DNA of 64,000 nucleotides from Candidatus Adlerbacteria bacterium (GCA_903851045.1 CAINNF010000012.1:37189-101188), one strand, 5' to 3'. Shown: positions 20,565 to 30,559, numbered from the stretch's first letter. Numbers and translations: made by a program. Notes: generated from the sequence alone by a model not told the origin.

Positions 20565-20653
20565 GTGACTTGTAGTATAGCGCAATTGGAGAGTTGCTTC
20601 TCGGTGGCTGTTTGATACAGTGCTATGAGGAGCAACAAGGAGAGAGGACGCTC

Positions 20654-21325
20654 ATGACTCGAAAACCAAGAGATGGTTCAGAGGATGCGCCGATTAGCGA
20701 CGTACGGATTGCATTAGAATTGCTGACCGACAAGGGAGGTCGGTGGTCATCTGCGCGTCTGCAACGGTTTCGTACGTACGAACCTAACATAATCGTACAA
20801 TACTGCGGCAGGGAGCGAGACCCGGATCCGGAATATTATAGGATAACAACTGACTGCGCTAACGCGCTTATAACGAATCAGTGGGTTCAGGGTCTCAGAC
20901 GACCAGGCTACGTGGACGAATATGAGTTCGAGATCTCACAACCTGGATATGTCCAAGTGCGGAGCTGGGAAGCCGAGGATTCCAAGATGGCGTTGGCGAT
21001 ACTCCTGAGCGAAGGAGGGTTGCCGTCCTCTATCTGGTGTCGCACCTTCAGGCAATATGGCCGCAGATACAAACACTGGAAAGATGAGCGAGACGGCCTA
21101 TACTTTGTCAACGTGACGGGCGAGGGCTTCATCGTCTATCTCGACACCAAAGAAGTGGTGCGACACGATGAGGATCAATTTATCCCACAACCGCTCACCT
21201 CCGCCCGGTTTCAGCCCGCTGACACTGTGTTCTCTGATTACGGACAAGGATTTGTGTTCCGAGATGACAAAACCGGGGAAGAGAAGATCTTCTACCCCGA
21301 CTCGGACATGATTCGAAAAGGTTGA
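20654..21325 (+). CDS. Hypothetical protein
   Basis: SD GAGGA; 223 aa; terminator AAATCCAGC-ttcg-GCTGGATTT follows. Confidence 0.65.
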   Translation: MTRKPRDGSEDAPISDVRIALELLTDKGGRWSSARLQRFRTYEPNIIVQYCGRERDPDPEYYRITTDCANALITNQWVQGLRRPGYVDEYEFEISQPGYVQVRSWEAEDSKMALAILLSEGGLPSSIWCRTFRQYGRRYKHWKDERDGLYFVNVTGEGFIVYLDTKEVVRHDEDQFIPQPLTSARFQPADTVFSDYGQGFVFRDDKTGEEKIFYPDSDMIRKG

Positions 21326-21365
21326 CCCTGTCAATAAAATCCAGCTTCGGCTGGATTTCTTTTGT

Positions 21366-21824
21366 CTACAAATACCCTAACCGCGCAAAAAGTGCTGTCG
21401 ATGGCGGCGTAAGTTTGCACTCATGTAGTTCCGAAATGGTGAACCACCCATACTCGATAAACTCATCTGGATGGAGTTTTATTACTACGTCACTCGCGGG
21501 TTTGTCGAGCATGATTTTGTAAATTGCAAAACGCATCTTCACAAGTACGTGCTCACCGGTATCCTTGAGCACCTTTTCGGACTCACCATGACCACCATCG
21601 TCGACGAGTGTGATGATGAAAGGAGAAATATCAAGACCCAGCTCCTCGTTGATTTCGCGCACGAGCGCATGCACCGGGTCCTCGCCCTCCTCGACTCCCC
21701 CGCCGGGGATATGCCAACAGTCGAGATACACACCACCCTTCTTTGGATCCTTCATCGCCTGCAATAACTTCCCATCACTCGAAAAAATGAGGGCCGACAC
21801 GATCTCCCGCTCGATAGTTCTCAT
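21366..21824 (-). CDS. NUDIX hydrolase
   Basis: PGGGVEEGEDPVHALVREINEELG Nudix box. Confidence 0.92.
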   Translation of the reverse strand: MRTIEREIVSALIFSSDGKLLQAMKDPKKGGVYLDCWHIPGGGVEEGEDPVHALVREINEELGLDISPFIITLVDDGGHGESEKVLKDTGEHVLVKMRFAIYKIMLDKPASDVVIKLHPDEFIEYGWFTISELHECKLTPPSTALFARLGYL

Positions 21825-21845
21825 AAGCAGAGTATGCAAGGTTTC

Positions 21846-23666
21846 CTAAATAATATCCACGATGCGCAAGCGCGGGCCGCCGCGCCAGTCGGTCTCGACA
21901 TGACCTATCACATCGGCTCGGTCGCCCGCCTTCACCTTCTTTTGATATGAGTCGGGGGTGCTAAAGAATGAGACGCCTCCGATAGTCACACCATCGCGCT
22001 CGCAGGTGACTTCGAGATGATCCTTCTGTTTGCCGAACGTACGGACTGACTGGATCGACACATTGGGGAATATGAAAAGTGGTTTGGTGTTCTCGACACC
22101 AAACGGCGCGAGCGCGGTGAGCTCTTTGTGTGCGCGAGCGACTTCGGCGAGGTCGAGCTGGCGGTCAACCACCACTTCACTCTCCCCGACCTGCTCGGGC
22201 AGGAGCGCAAAGGCAGCGTTGAGTCGCGGCGAAAGTTCGTGGATGCGCTCTTCGAGCACTGAGAATCCGCCCGAAGCTGTGTGTCCGCCGAAACCCGCGA
22301 ACACATCCCCCGCCGCTTGCATCAGCTCCACCACATTCACCTTGCCGTTAGATCGACACGACCCCCGTAAAAGACCTGCGGTCTCACGGGGCAAGCCTCC
22401 AACAACATCTCCCCATTCCCTCCCCCACATAAAGGCGACCTTGCCGGTCGATTGCATCACCGAGTTGGCGACGAGCCCGAGAATGCCCGGGCGCCAGTTG
22501 GGGTTACCCATCACGACAATCGGCGTCTCGACTTCGCTGTTCGCAAGACGCTTGTTGACCTCCTTCACCGTCACCGCGACGGCGCTCTTTCGCTCATCAT
22601 TGATGCCGTTGAGCTTGTGCGCGAGTTCGAACGCCTGACCCAAGTCGTTTGTCGCGAGCAGCTTCGCGGCGACGTCGGGCGAGTCCATGCGTGATGCGGC
22701 ATTGATGCGCGGACTCACCATAAAGCCAATGTCATCCTCGGTGAGCGTGCCGGGTTTTATCTTCAAGATCGAGAGCAACTGCGCAAGACCGGGCCGACGA
22801 TTCTTGCGCATCACCAGCAGTCCAAAACGCGCGAGCATACGATTCTCTCCCACGAGCGGCACCATGTCCGAGAGCGTCGAGATGCCCACGAGGTCGAGGT
22901 ACCATTTTTCTTGGCCTTCGCTAAATCCATCAGGCCGCTTCTTCACCAGAACCGCTTGTACCAACTTCCACGCAACACCACACCCACACAATCCATCGAA
23001 CGGGTACGTACTGTCGGGGCGCTTCGGGTTTATGACAGCAAAAGCATCACGAGGAAGCAATTGCTGAACAAAATAGTCTGGCCCGCCAGGCTGGCCTCCA
23101 GCCGGGACGGGAGACCCGAGGACTTTTTGGGAGGCAATTGCTTCCTCTGATGCTTTTTCCTCATGCACCAAGTGGTGATCGGTCACTATCACATCCACCC
23201 CTTTAGACTTCGCATGCGAAATATTTTCGTGCTCGACGGTGCCGAGGTCGATGGTGATGATGAGCGTCACACCACCACCAATAACATCATCAAGTCCATC
23301 TTTATTGAGCCCATACCCTTCACGGTGACGATGCGGGATATAGTGACGCACATCGAGCCCGAGCTTGCGCAGGAAGTCGGTGAGCATCACGCCGCCTGGG
23401 ATACCGTCGCAGTCGTAGTCGCTCCAGACACACACCTTCTCGTTATGCTTGAGGGCTGAGAGGATGCGGTCAACCGACTTCTCCATGTCAGGCAGAAGGT
23501 AGGGGTCGTGCGAGTCGCGGTCGAACTCCGGCGAGAGGAACTGTGCTGCTAGCTCCCCCGTTGTGACCCCACGCGAGTACAGCAGGTCTTGCAAGAATTC
23601 GGAATGGTTCGAGAGAGCGGAGCGCACCGCTGCCGGAGCACCATCCCGTACCCGGTACGATTTCAT
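21846..23666 (-). CDS. recJ: ssDNA exonuclease RecJ
   Basis: DYDCDG, TDHH, INPK, PRINAASR, GSCRS, GGH, PFG..N motifs. Confidence 0.95.
   Translation of the reverse strand: MKSYRVRDGAPAAVRSALSNHSEFLQDLLYSRGVTTGELAAQFLSPEFDRDSHDPYLLPDMEKSVDRILSALKHNEKVCVWSDYDCDGIPGGVMLTDFLRKLGLDVRHYIPHRHREGYGLNKDGLDDVIGGGVTLIITIDLGTVEHENISHAKSKGVDVIVTDHHLVHEEKASEEAIASQKVLGSPVPAGGQPGGPDYFVQQLLPRDAFAVINPKRPDSTYPFDGLCGCGVAWKLVQAVLVKKRPDGFSEGQEKWYLDLVGISTLSDMVPLVGENRMLARFGLLVMRKNRRPGLAQLLSILKIKPGTLTEDDIGFMVSPRINAASRMDSPDVAAKLLATNDLGQAFELAHKLNGINDERKSAVAVTVKEVNKRLANSEVETPIVVMGNPNWRPGILGLVANSVMQSTGKVAFMWGREWGDVVGGLPRETAGLLRGSCRSNGKVNVVELMQAAGDVFAGFGGHTASGGFSVLEERIHELSPRLNAAFALLPEQVGESEVVVDRQLDLAEVARAHKELTALAPFGVENTKPLFIFPNVSIQSVRTFGKQKDHLEVTCERDGVTIGGVSFFSTPDSYQKKVKAGDRADVIGHVETDWRGGPRLRIVDII
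23040..23157. repeat. Palindromic (MITE/RPE-like) element inserted in frame in recJ
   Basis: Arms AAAAGCATCACGAGGAAGCAATTGC / GCAATTGCTTCCTC-TGATGCTTTT (one bulge). Confidence 0.8.
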
Positions 23667-23688
23667 CGGTGTAGTATATACTAAGCCA

Positions 23689-23791
23689 AGCAAAAGTCCG
23701 CAGAAAAAGTCCTTAGCCCCACTTTTTATAGTCGCTTCGCTCCTTAAAAAGCGGCGCGCCCCCACCTAGACTTTTTGTGCGGACTTTTGCT
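23689..23791. repeat. Intergenic palindromic element with 23-bp arms
   Basis: AGCAAAAGTCCGCAGAAAAAGTC … GACTTTTTGTGCGGACTTTTGCT (1 mismatch). Confidence 0.8.
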
Positions 23792-23802
23792 AAGCTTTAT
23801 TC

Positions 23803-24186
23803 ATGGAAAACTGTATATTTTGCAAGATCGTCGCCAAAGAGATCCCGGCACATGTCGTGTACGAAGATGACGGCTTCATCGCCTTCCTCGACATCCACCC
23901 CCAGTCGCCCGGGCATGTGCAGGTGATACCAAAGAAGCACTACCGCTGGGTATGGGATGTGCCTTCAGACACGAGCGAGCCAGACAATATCGGCACATAC
24001 TTTGCCGTCGCACAAAAGATCGCCCACGCACAACGTATGGCCTTTGGTACCGAATGGATACTTTCCAAAACGGTCGGCGACGAAGTCCCCCACGCGCACC
24101 TATGGGTCTTCCCGAGCAACGAAGTACAAGGAAACAAACACGACCTCGCCAACAATGCGGAGAAGCTGCGCGCAGCGCTTGCTTAG
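23803..24186 (+). CDS. HIT family hydrolase
   Basis: CIFCKI, FLDIHP..PGH..VIPK.H; HAHLW (third His of the triad replaced by Trp). Confidence 0.9.
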   Translation: MENCIFCKIVAKEIPAHVVYEDDGFIAFLDIHPQSPGHVQVIPKKHYRWVWDVPSDTSEPDNIGTYFAVAQKIAHAQRMAFGTEWILSKTVGDEVPHAHLWVFPSNEVQGNKHDLANNAEKLRAALA

Positions 24187-24261
24187 TGTAGCGCTCGCAT
24201 GAAACCACCTTGCTCAATATATGTGAAACGCTGCGCAGAGGTGCGGTGCTAACGATACAGT

Positions 24262-24792
24262 GTGCATTATGCTATCGTTGTAAACGTGACACTTGAACCA
24301 AACAAAGTTGAAATAAAGAATAGCGACATCGAAGGTAAGGGTGTGTTCGCTACCGAACACATACAAAGCGGTGAGATGGTTTTAGATATGGATGACACGC
24401 ACGTTGTTGAAGACAAAAGCACACTCGCCCAATATGAAAGAGAATACGAGTGCGACTGGCTCGGCGATGGCAAGACAGTGCATATGCAGGCCCCCGAAAA
24501 GCACATAAACCATTCGTGCGACCCAAACACCTACGTCAAAACTGTCGACGGCATCAGGAGAGTTGTTGCAATGAAAGATATAAGGGTTGGCGATGAAATC
24601 ACCTACGACTACGCCATCAATGGCTACTACGATTCGGATATTGCATGCCATTGTGGAAGCAAAAATTGCAGAGGAACACTAAGCCCAAACTTCTTCAAAT
24701 TGCCAAGAGAGCGCCAGTTGCAATACCTGCCATACTTAGACATTTGGTTTGTCGAGAAGTTTAAAGATCAACTAGAGGAGATTCGCCAGTGA
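24262..24792 (+). CDS. SET-domain protein with post-SET
   Basis: G.GVFA, INHSCDPN, DI..GDEITYDY, CHCGSKNCRG; start uncertain. Confidence 0.9.
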   Translation: MHYAIVVNVTLEPNKVEIKNSDIEGKGVFATEHIQSGEMVLDMDDTHVVEDKSTLAQYEREYECDWLGDGKTVHMQAPEKHINHSCDPNTYVKTVDGIRRVVAMKDIRVGDEITYDYAINGYYDSDIACHCGSKNCRGTLSPNFFKLPRERQLQYLPYLDIWFVEKFKDQLEEIRQ

Positions 24793-24808
24793 TATACCAT
24801 ACCGACAT

Positions 24809-25372
24809 ATGGAGATGAACCAGCCAAACACAAAACCGTTTGCAAAAGTGGTAAAGAAAATCTGTGAGTTTCGCTCGGGCGGGAGCGTGCTTGATGTCGG
24901 CACGGGCGAAGGGACGCACGCACTGTTTCTCGCGTCGCAGGGGTTCGACGTGACAGTGCTCGATGTCACTAACGAGAAGTTTTCGAAGATTGAGGAAGAA
25001 GCAAAACAGCAGGGTGTGGATATTAGGACGGTAGTCGGTGATGTTTTGTCGCTCGACCAGCTTGGCACCACATTCGACATTATTATCTGCACCTCCGTGC
25101 TGCACTTTCTCACTATCGACAAAATCGCTACCGCAGTGGAGCAACTACAAAAGGCAACAAACCCGCACGGGCTCAATGTCGTCTCTGCACACACGACCAA
25201 GAACGAGGGCGAAGTCCGCACCCACCTGTTCGCCGAAGGCGAATTGCAAGCGTACTACAAAGAGTGGCACATGCTCTACGAGTGGGAAGGCCTCGGCGGC
25301 CCATTTGTGACCACAACAGGTGAGATGGTGCAAAAACATCGTGCCGAGCTGATTGCCGAAAAACCAGAGTAA
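24809..25372 (+). CDS. Class I SAM methyltransferase (TehB-like)
   Basis: VLDVGTGEG..ALFLA.QGFDVT.LD; FDIIICTSVLHFL; T.P.GLN. Confidence 0.85.
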   Translation: MEMNQPNTKPFAKVVKKICEFRSGGSVLDVGTGEGTHALFLASQGFDVTVLDVTNEKFSKIEEEAKQQGVDIRTVVGDVLSLDQLGTTFDIIICTSVLHFLTIDKIATAVEQLQKATNPHGLNVVSAHTTKNEGEVRTHLFAEGELQAYYKEWHMLYEWEGLGGPFVTTTGEMVQKHRAELIAEKPE

Positions 25373-25409
25373 GAAAACACCCCGACACAAGTTCGGGGCA
25401 AATTTTCCT

Positions 25410-26069
25410 CTACTCTTTTGACTGGAAGATAACAATTCGACGCTCTGCGCGGAAGGTAAAGTTTCGCTCTTCCAAAAATGACCGGATCTGGTTGTGATTC
25501 CGCGTCGGCAGCATAGACTCGATGTAATCATCGACAGAATCAAAGTGGAGCACGGTTTCATTCGGGATCTCTTGCACCAGACGCAGCCCCGGATGCTCCA
25601 TCATCGCACGATACGCTGCCACTTTTTCTTTTTCTTCGTCTTCGTCACCGGTGCCAAAAAGTTTTTCTGCATCAAAGGCCGAACCATCCATCGCGGGCTC
25701 AACAAAAACGATGTATCCATCCTTCTTCACCACACGCAACGCTTCGTCTATCGCCCGAGGCATCAGCTCGAGTGGCACATGATGGAACGAGAGCGAGAAG
25801 AAGATGATATCGAAAGAGTCGTCGGCAAAATCGAGACGCTCCGCACGACCTGCCGCAAAAACAGCGTTGGTGAGCGATCGTTCAAGCAACCGTTGCCGTG
25901 CAGCAGCAATAGAGTCTGAGTTTGGATCAACACCAACCAACGACCCACACCGCTCAGCAATGAGCGCCGACAGCCTCCCCCAACCACAACCAACCTCAAG
26001 CACCCGCTTTTCTCGAAGCGGCACATATTCCTCTAGCTGATCAAGCAGTACCTCCTTTTCTCGTCTCAT
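25410..26069 (-). CDS. Class I SAM methyltransferase
   Basis: VLEVGCGWG, L.F.DDSFD, HHV, RVVKKDG. Confidence 0.9.
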   Translation of the reverse strand: MRREKEVLLDQLEEYVPLREKRVLEVGCGWGRLSALIAERCGSLVGVDPNSDSIAAARQRLLERSLTNAVFAAGRAERLDFADDSFDIIFFSLSFHHVPLELMPRAIDEALRVVKKDGYIVFVEPAMDGSAFDAEKLFGTGDEDEEKEKVAAYRAMMEHPGLRLVQEIPNETVLHFDSVDDYIESMLPTRNHNQIRSFLEERNFTFRAERRIVIFQSKE

Positions 26070-26267
26070 AGTTGCAGTGTCCTAACAAGTATAACCCACA
26101 CGAACATACCAGATGCGCGATGGAAAAGAACTCGTCTATTTCTAAGAAAATAGCGACGAATCAGCTCAACTCGTCTTGAAGTTTATCCAACAATCCGTCC
26201 TGGTAACAGGGAAACCAGAGTAACCCTACTTCTTGTAATTCTCATTGATATTCGGTAGCATTCGTGT

Positions 26268-26549
26268 ATGCAAAAGCTTCGCGCGACTCCACGAAAAACC
26301 ACAAAGAAGGCACCAAAAGCTGCCTTTGAGACGTTGCCCGTGCTTATTGAGCAGGATGAAGACGGTATGTATATCGGCACCGTGCCGTCACTGCGCTCGT
26401 GCTATACCCAAGGGGCGACGCTCGCGGAGTTGTACGAAAATCTTCAAGAAGCGGTCGACCTGTCACGCGAAGTCGAGAAGGACTATTTTGGGACCAAACG
26501 CCGCACGAGTCGTATCGTCGGATTTCAAAACATCGACTTCCGCGCCTAG
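26268..26549 (+). CDS. hicB: HicB-family antitoxin (short, no DNA-binding domain)
   Basis: IEQDEDG.Y…VP.L..CYTQG.T..E…N..EA. Confidence 0.85.
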   Translation: MQKLRATPRKTTKKAPKAAFETLPVLIEQDEDGMYIGTVPSLRSCYTQGATLAELYENLQEAVDLSREVEKDYFGTKRRTSRIVGFQNIDFRA

Positions 26550-26552
26550 CGT

Positions 26553-26786
26553 ATGCCGCACCTCTCCCCTATTGCTCCCAAACGGTTGATGAAACTCTTG
26601 GAGCGAGAGGGCTTCGTGTGTATACGAATCAAAGGGAGCCACCACTTTTTTATACATGAAGTCGACAAGCGGACGACGAATGTCCCCGTCCACGGCGGTC
26701 GAGACATCGGCGTTGGCCTTCTGCGCCAAATCCTCAAAGACCTCAACTGGTCTGCTGATGAATTCCACAAACGACTACACAGATAA
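26553..26786 (+). CDS. hicA: HicA-family mRNA interferase toxin
   Basis: L.REGF…KGSH…VPVH..RDI..GLL..IL. Confidence 0.9.
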   Translation: MPHLSPIAPKRLMKLLEREGFVCIRIKGSHHFFIHEVDKRTTNVPVHGGRDIGVGLLRQILKDLNWSADEFHKRLHR

Positions 26787-26802
26787 AATACGAAACTCTC
26801 GT

Positions 26803-27936
26803 TTATTTTTTCAACACCTCCAAGGCGGGCAGTGTGCCGCCGTTTGCTAAAAATTCGAGCATCGCGCCGCCGCCAGTGGAGACGAATATTCTCGCTGGGT
26901 CGAAGGTGAATTTTGAGAGGGCTGCTGCCGTGTCGCCGCCGCCGATGACCGCTTTCGTGTTTGACTCGACGAGCGCCTTGGCGAGCACGTCGGTGCCGTC
27001 GACGAATCCTTTTTCATACACACCCATCGGGCCGTTCCATAGGACGAACTCCGAGTCCTCTATCTGTTTGGACCATGCAACTTCGGTGAGTGTACCGATG
27101 TCGACGATATGGTCATCCGCATGTACGTCGGCAGTGTGTGCCACACGGACGGTCTCTCCTTGTACCCGCACATCGTCCGGCATGAGGATACGTTCGTCCC
27201 CTGCCAGATCCTCCGGCACTGGCGCATCCGACGTGAGCGACTCGCCGACTGGCATACCACGTGCTTTCAACAGATCGTTCGCAAGCGCGCCACCGAGCAA
27301 GATGTGCGGATAGACGGTCAGTAGTTTCTCCAGCAAGGGTTGCTTGGTCTCGAACTTCGCGCCGCCGACGATGGCGAGCGACTGTGCGGGAGGCACGAGC
27401 GCGTCCGACAACCGAGCGACCTCTTCTTCAAGCAAGAGACCTGCGTATGCGGGGAGTAGTGACGCGACGCCGACGTTGGAGGCGTACGCACGGTGAGCTT
27501 CGGGGAAGGCGTCGTCGACGAAGACGTCCGCCAGTTTTGCGAGACTCGCGGCGAGTGCTGGATCGTTCTTTTCCTCGCCCGGCTCTTTGCGGATATTCTC
27601 GAGCATCAAACAGGTTCCTTCTTTGAGAGTCGCCACTTCCCCACCAACATCCGCAGCGGGGGTTGTCGTGAAGGTCACCGGTATCGATGGGATGAGCGCC
27701 TGCAAGGCCTTTGCGACCGGTTCGAGCGTACCTCCCTCACGACCGATGTATCCGACTAGAACGATCTTCGCTCCTTTGCCCGCCAGTAGCTCGATCGTGG
27801 CGATATCCTTCTGCAGTCGAAACTGGTCACCCACCGACCCATCCGCCGCTATCGGCACGTTCAAGCTCGTACGGAGCAGTACCCGCTTTCCAGAAACGTC
27901 CGCATCTCGCACCGACCGCAGTGATATGTTCGCCAT
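26803..27936 (-). CDS. pgk: Phosphoglycerate kinase
   Basis: LNVP, LEN.R, HRAYAS, GGAK, WNGPMG.YE, GGGDT, STGGGA. Confidence 0.95.
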   Translation of the reverse strand: MANISLRSVRDADVSGKRVLLRTSLNVPIAADGSVGDQFRLQKDIATIELLAGKGAKIVLVGYIGREGGTLEPVAKALQALIPSIPVTFTTTPAADVGGEVATLKEGTCLMLENIRKEPGEEKNDPALAASLAKLADVFVDDAFPEAHRAYASNVGVASLLPAYAGLLLEEEVARLSDALVPPAQSLAIVGGAKFETKQPLLEKLLTVYPHILLGGALANDLLKARGMPVGESLTSDAPVPEDLAGDERILMPDDVRVQGETVRVAHTADVHADDHIVDIGTLTEVAWSKQIEDSEFVLWNGPMGVYEKGFVDGTDVLAKALVESNTKAVIGGGDTAAALSKFTFDPARIFVSTGGGAMLEFLANGGTLPALEVLKK

Positions 27937-27942
27937 GTTCGA

Positions 27943-28695
27943 TTACGCTAGAGCTGTCAATATTTCGATAAAAGAGTCTATGTCCGCACTCGCGTGTCCG
28001 ACCAAAAAACCACCCACTCCACCATCTGTCAGAAGTTCCTTCGCGTTGGAGCCTTCGACCGAGCCGCCGTATAGGATCGGCACTTTTACGCCCTGTTCAC
28101 GCCCGAGTATATCCGCGAGCGTCTTTCGGATGAAAATGACCATCTCTTGGATCTCCGCCGGCTTTTCAGCGCTCCCGGCCGTCTTCCCTATCGCCCACAC
28201 CGGCTCGTACGCAACGATGAGTTTCCCGGTGGTCTTATCCTTCAATGCTTGCAACAGTTGTCGTTCGATAACGCCGAAGTGCGCACCATGTGGGTCGCGC
28301 TCGACCTCCCCTATGCACAACACCGCCGTCATACCGGCCTCGTGTGTACGTTTGATCTGTTCACGAATCATGTCATCTTTCTCTCCCGCCGCGCGTCGCT
28401 CGGAGTGACCGACGATGACAAAGCCGATACCGAACACTTTGAGCATGCGCGCCGACACCTCCCCCGTGTGCTTCGCCTCCAGGAACGCAGATACCGTCTG
28501 TGCACCAGTGCGGATGGTCTTGGTGGTACCGAGCACCTGTGCGAGCGCCGGAAGGAGCGTGTACGGAGGCGCGACTACGACGTCTGTTTTTGATAGTAAC
28601 TGCGGACGTCGTTTCAATTTCATCACGAACGCCTTCACCGCGTCCGGCTTCTCGACGTACATCTTCCAGTTGCCGATGACGATAGGTTTCTTCAC
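27943..28695 (-). CDS. tpiA: Triosephosphate isomerase
   Basis: GNWKM, GHSERR, AYEPVWAIG, LYGGSV. Confidence 0.97.
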   Translation of the reverse strand: MKKPIVIGNWKMYVEKPDAVKAFVMKLKRRPQLLSKTDVVVAPPYTLLPALAQVLGTTKTIRTGAQTVSAFLEAKHTGEVSARMLKVFGIGFVIVGHSERRAAGEKDDMIREQIKRTHEAGMTAVLCIGEVERDPHGAHFGVIERQLLQALKDKTTGKLIVAYEPVWAIGKTAGSAEKPAEIQEMVIFIRKTLADILGREQGVKVPILYGGSVEGSNAKELLTDGGVGGFLVGHASADIDSFIEILTALA

Positions 28696-28707
28696 TCCAC
28701 CACTATA

Positions 28708-30453
28708 CTACAAGCTTGCCTCGAGCACCTCCTCAATCGAGGTCAGACCAATCGCCGCTTTGAACATACCATCTTCGAGTAACGTCAGTCGTTCGCTTGT
28801 TCGGATCTCCTCCTCCACACGTTCAAAACGTTCGCTCAGGAGCGCATCCTTCACCGTGAGCGTCATGGGCACCACCTCCTGTACCCCCACGACCCCTACG
28901 TACCCGCCCTCACATGCGGAACACTCCTTCGCTCGTCCGAACAGAACATCTTTCCACTGCGCCCCCGCATCTAACGATCCTTCTTCTTTGAGCGCATTGA
29001 GCACCTTCGGCAGTCGAGCGCCGCGCGCTTCCAGCTCATCGAGTTCGGTGCGAGAGAGTTTCGTCTTTTCGTGGGTCGGGCATAGTTTGCGCACCAAGCG
29101 CGTCGTGATGACCCCTCGCAACACCGACGTCAGCAGGGGCAACTCGACGTTCTTGCAAAGGTCCTGCAACCCTTCGAGCGCGGTCTGCGCCGGGACACTG
29201 GTGATTACGAGTCGTCCACGGTTCGCCGCATGCGCCACTTGGGTGGCGACATCCTCGTGGGAACTTTGCGACACCATGAGCACGTCCGCATCCATGCGAA
29301 GTGCGGATTCTAGGCGTGTTCGAAGCGTCGTACCTTCTTGGATGTCGGTCTGTATCTGCACCGCACCCGGAATGGTGTATTCGATGAAGTCTTCAACCGT
29401 GACGACACTTCGGGTCGGATCGACCAATTGGTCGATCAACGAGTACAATAGTGTCGTCGTCCCCGACCGGCTACCTCCACACACGACTATCAGTCCCCCG
29501 CGGGCGTGAAGCAACTCTTGGATCACATCGAGCCCTGCCCCATGGAACCCGAGGGACTCGAGCGTGAACCCTCGTTTCCCTGTCTTCTCTTCAGCGATGC
29601 GGATCAGCACCTTCTCCGGTGCGACATCGCTCACAGTTGGGAGCGTCGAGATACGAAACGCGATATGTTCGGAATCTCTGCCTGACCGCAGCGCGATCTT
29701 AAAGCGCCCATCCTGTGGCTCGTGCGACTCCAGGTCGAGTTGTGCCAACATCTTCAATCGGTCGATGATACTTTTCGCGGCATACGTGGGGAGCTGCATC
29801 GCGTCATAGAGAGCACCACCAAGACGATACCGCACCAGGAGTCCCCCCGGACGAGGTTCGAGGTGGATGTCCGAGGCCGACTGTGACAGTGCATGCTCGA
29901 GCAGTGCATCGATGACATAGGTGACCGACAAACGCTCGGCACTATAGCGAATATCATCAATCGACGGTGACAGGGCAGGATTGATCGCTTGAGATTGCTC
30001 CGGGATAAGTTTTGCGTACCGCTCACGCAGGACTCGTTGATATTTCAAAAGCCCGCGCTTGATGGTCTGACGATCGGTCAGGTTCGGTACGATAGTGAAC
30101 GGCAAGCGCAGACGTTCGATCTGTTCGACGACCGCAAGATCGGTCGTCGCCACCATCAAGCGGTCTCCCTCGAGTCGATACGCGAACACGGTGTGCGTCC
30201 GGCAAAAGGCCTCAGGTAACAGGAACAGTGCTTCGGGAGAGATATCGTCCGGTTGCAGTGTGACGAACGGTATGCCAAGACTGCGAGACAGCGCACGTCG
30301 CGTCTCATCTTCCTCGAGGATCCCACTGCGAAGCAGCACGGTATAAAAAGGTTCTCCGGACGTAGCGGACTCTCGCTCGAGCGTCTCTATCTGCCCACGC
30401 GACAGAAGTCCCGTATCACGAAGAAAATGGATAAGATGATCATCGCCCCGCAT
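28708..30453 (-). CDS. GspE/PilB-family protein with degenerate ATPase motifs
   Basis: ASDIHLEP, PQDGRF, R.STLPT and TVED.IE are present; Walker A reads GSRSGTTT. Confidence 0.9.
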   Translation of the reverse strand: MRGDDHLIHFLRDTGLLSRGQIETLERESATSGEPFYTVLLRSGILEEDETRRALSRSLGIPFVTLQPDDISPEALFLLPEAFCRTHTVFAYRLEGDRLMVATTDLAVVEQIERLRLPFTIVPNLTDRQTIKRGLLKYQRVLRERYAKLIPEQSQAINPALSPSIDDIRYSAERLSVTYVIDALLEHALSQSASDIHLEPRPGGLLVRYRLGGALYDAMQLPTYAAKSIIDRLKMLAQLDLESHEPQDGRFKIALRSGRDSEHIAFRISTLPTVSDVAPEKVLIRIAEEKTGKRGFTLESLGFHGAGLDVIQELLHARGGLIVVCGGSRSGTTTLLYSLIDQLVDPTRSVVTVEDFIEYTIPGAVQIQTDIQEGTTLRTRLESALRMDADVLMVSQSSHEDVATQVAHAANRGRLVITSVPAQTALEGLQDLCKNVELPLLTSVLRGVITTRLVRKLCPTHEKTKLSRTELDELEARGARLPKVLNALKEEGSLDAGAQWKDVLFGRAKECSACEGGYVGVVGVQEVVPMTLTVKDALLSERFERVEEEIRTSERLTLLEDGMFKAAIGLTSIEEVLEASL

Positions 30454-30530
30454 ATGCTCTATAGTATACGTCACTTTTAGAGGATGGTTGCTTTTTGGTG
30501 GGGAATAGTGTACAGTGCATGCATCCTGGT

Positions 30531-30559
30531 AACCGCCCCGAGTTGGGCGGTTATTCTTT
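30531..30559 (+). promoter_or_regulatory. Hairpin upstream of nusA, possible attenuator (rimP-leader-like)
   Basis: AACCGCCC-cgagtt-GGGCGGTT followed by ATTCTTT in the nusA 5' region. Confidence 0.4.
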
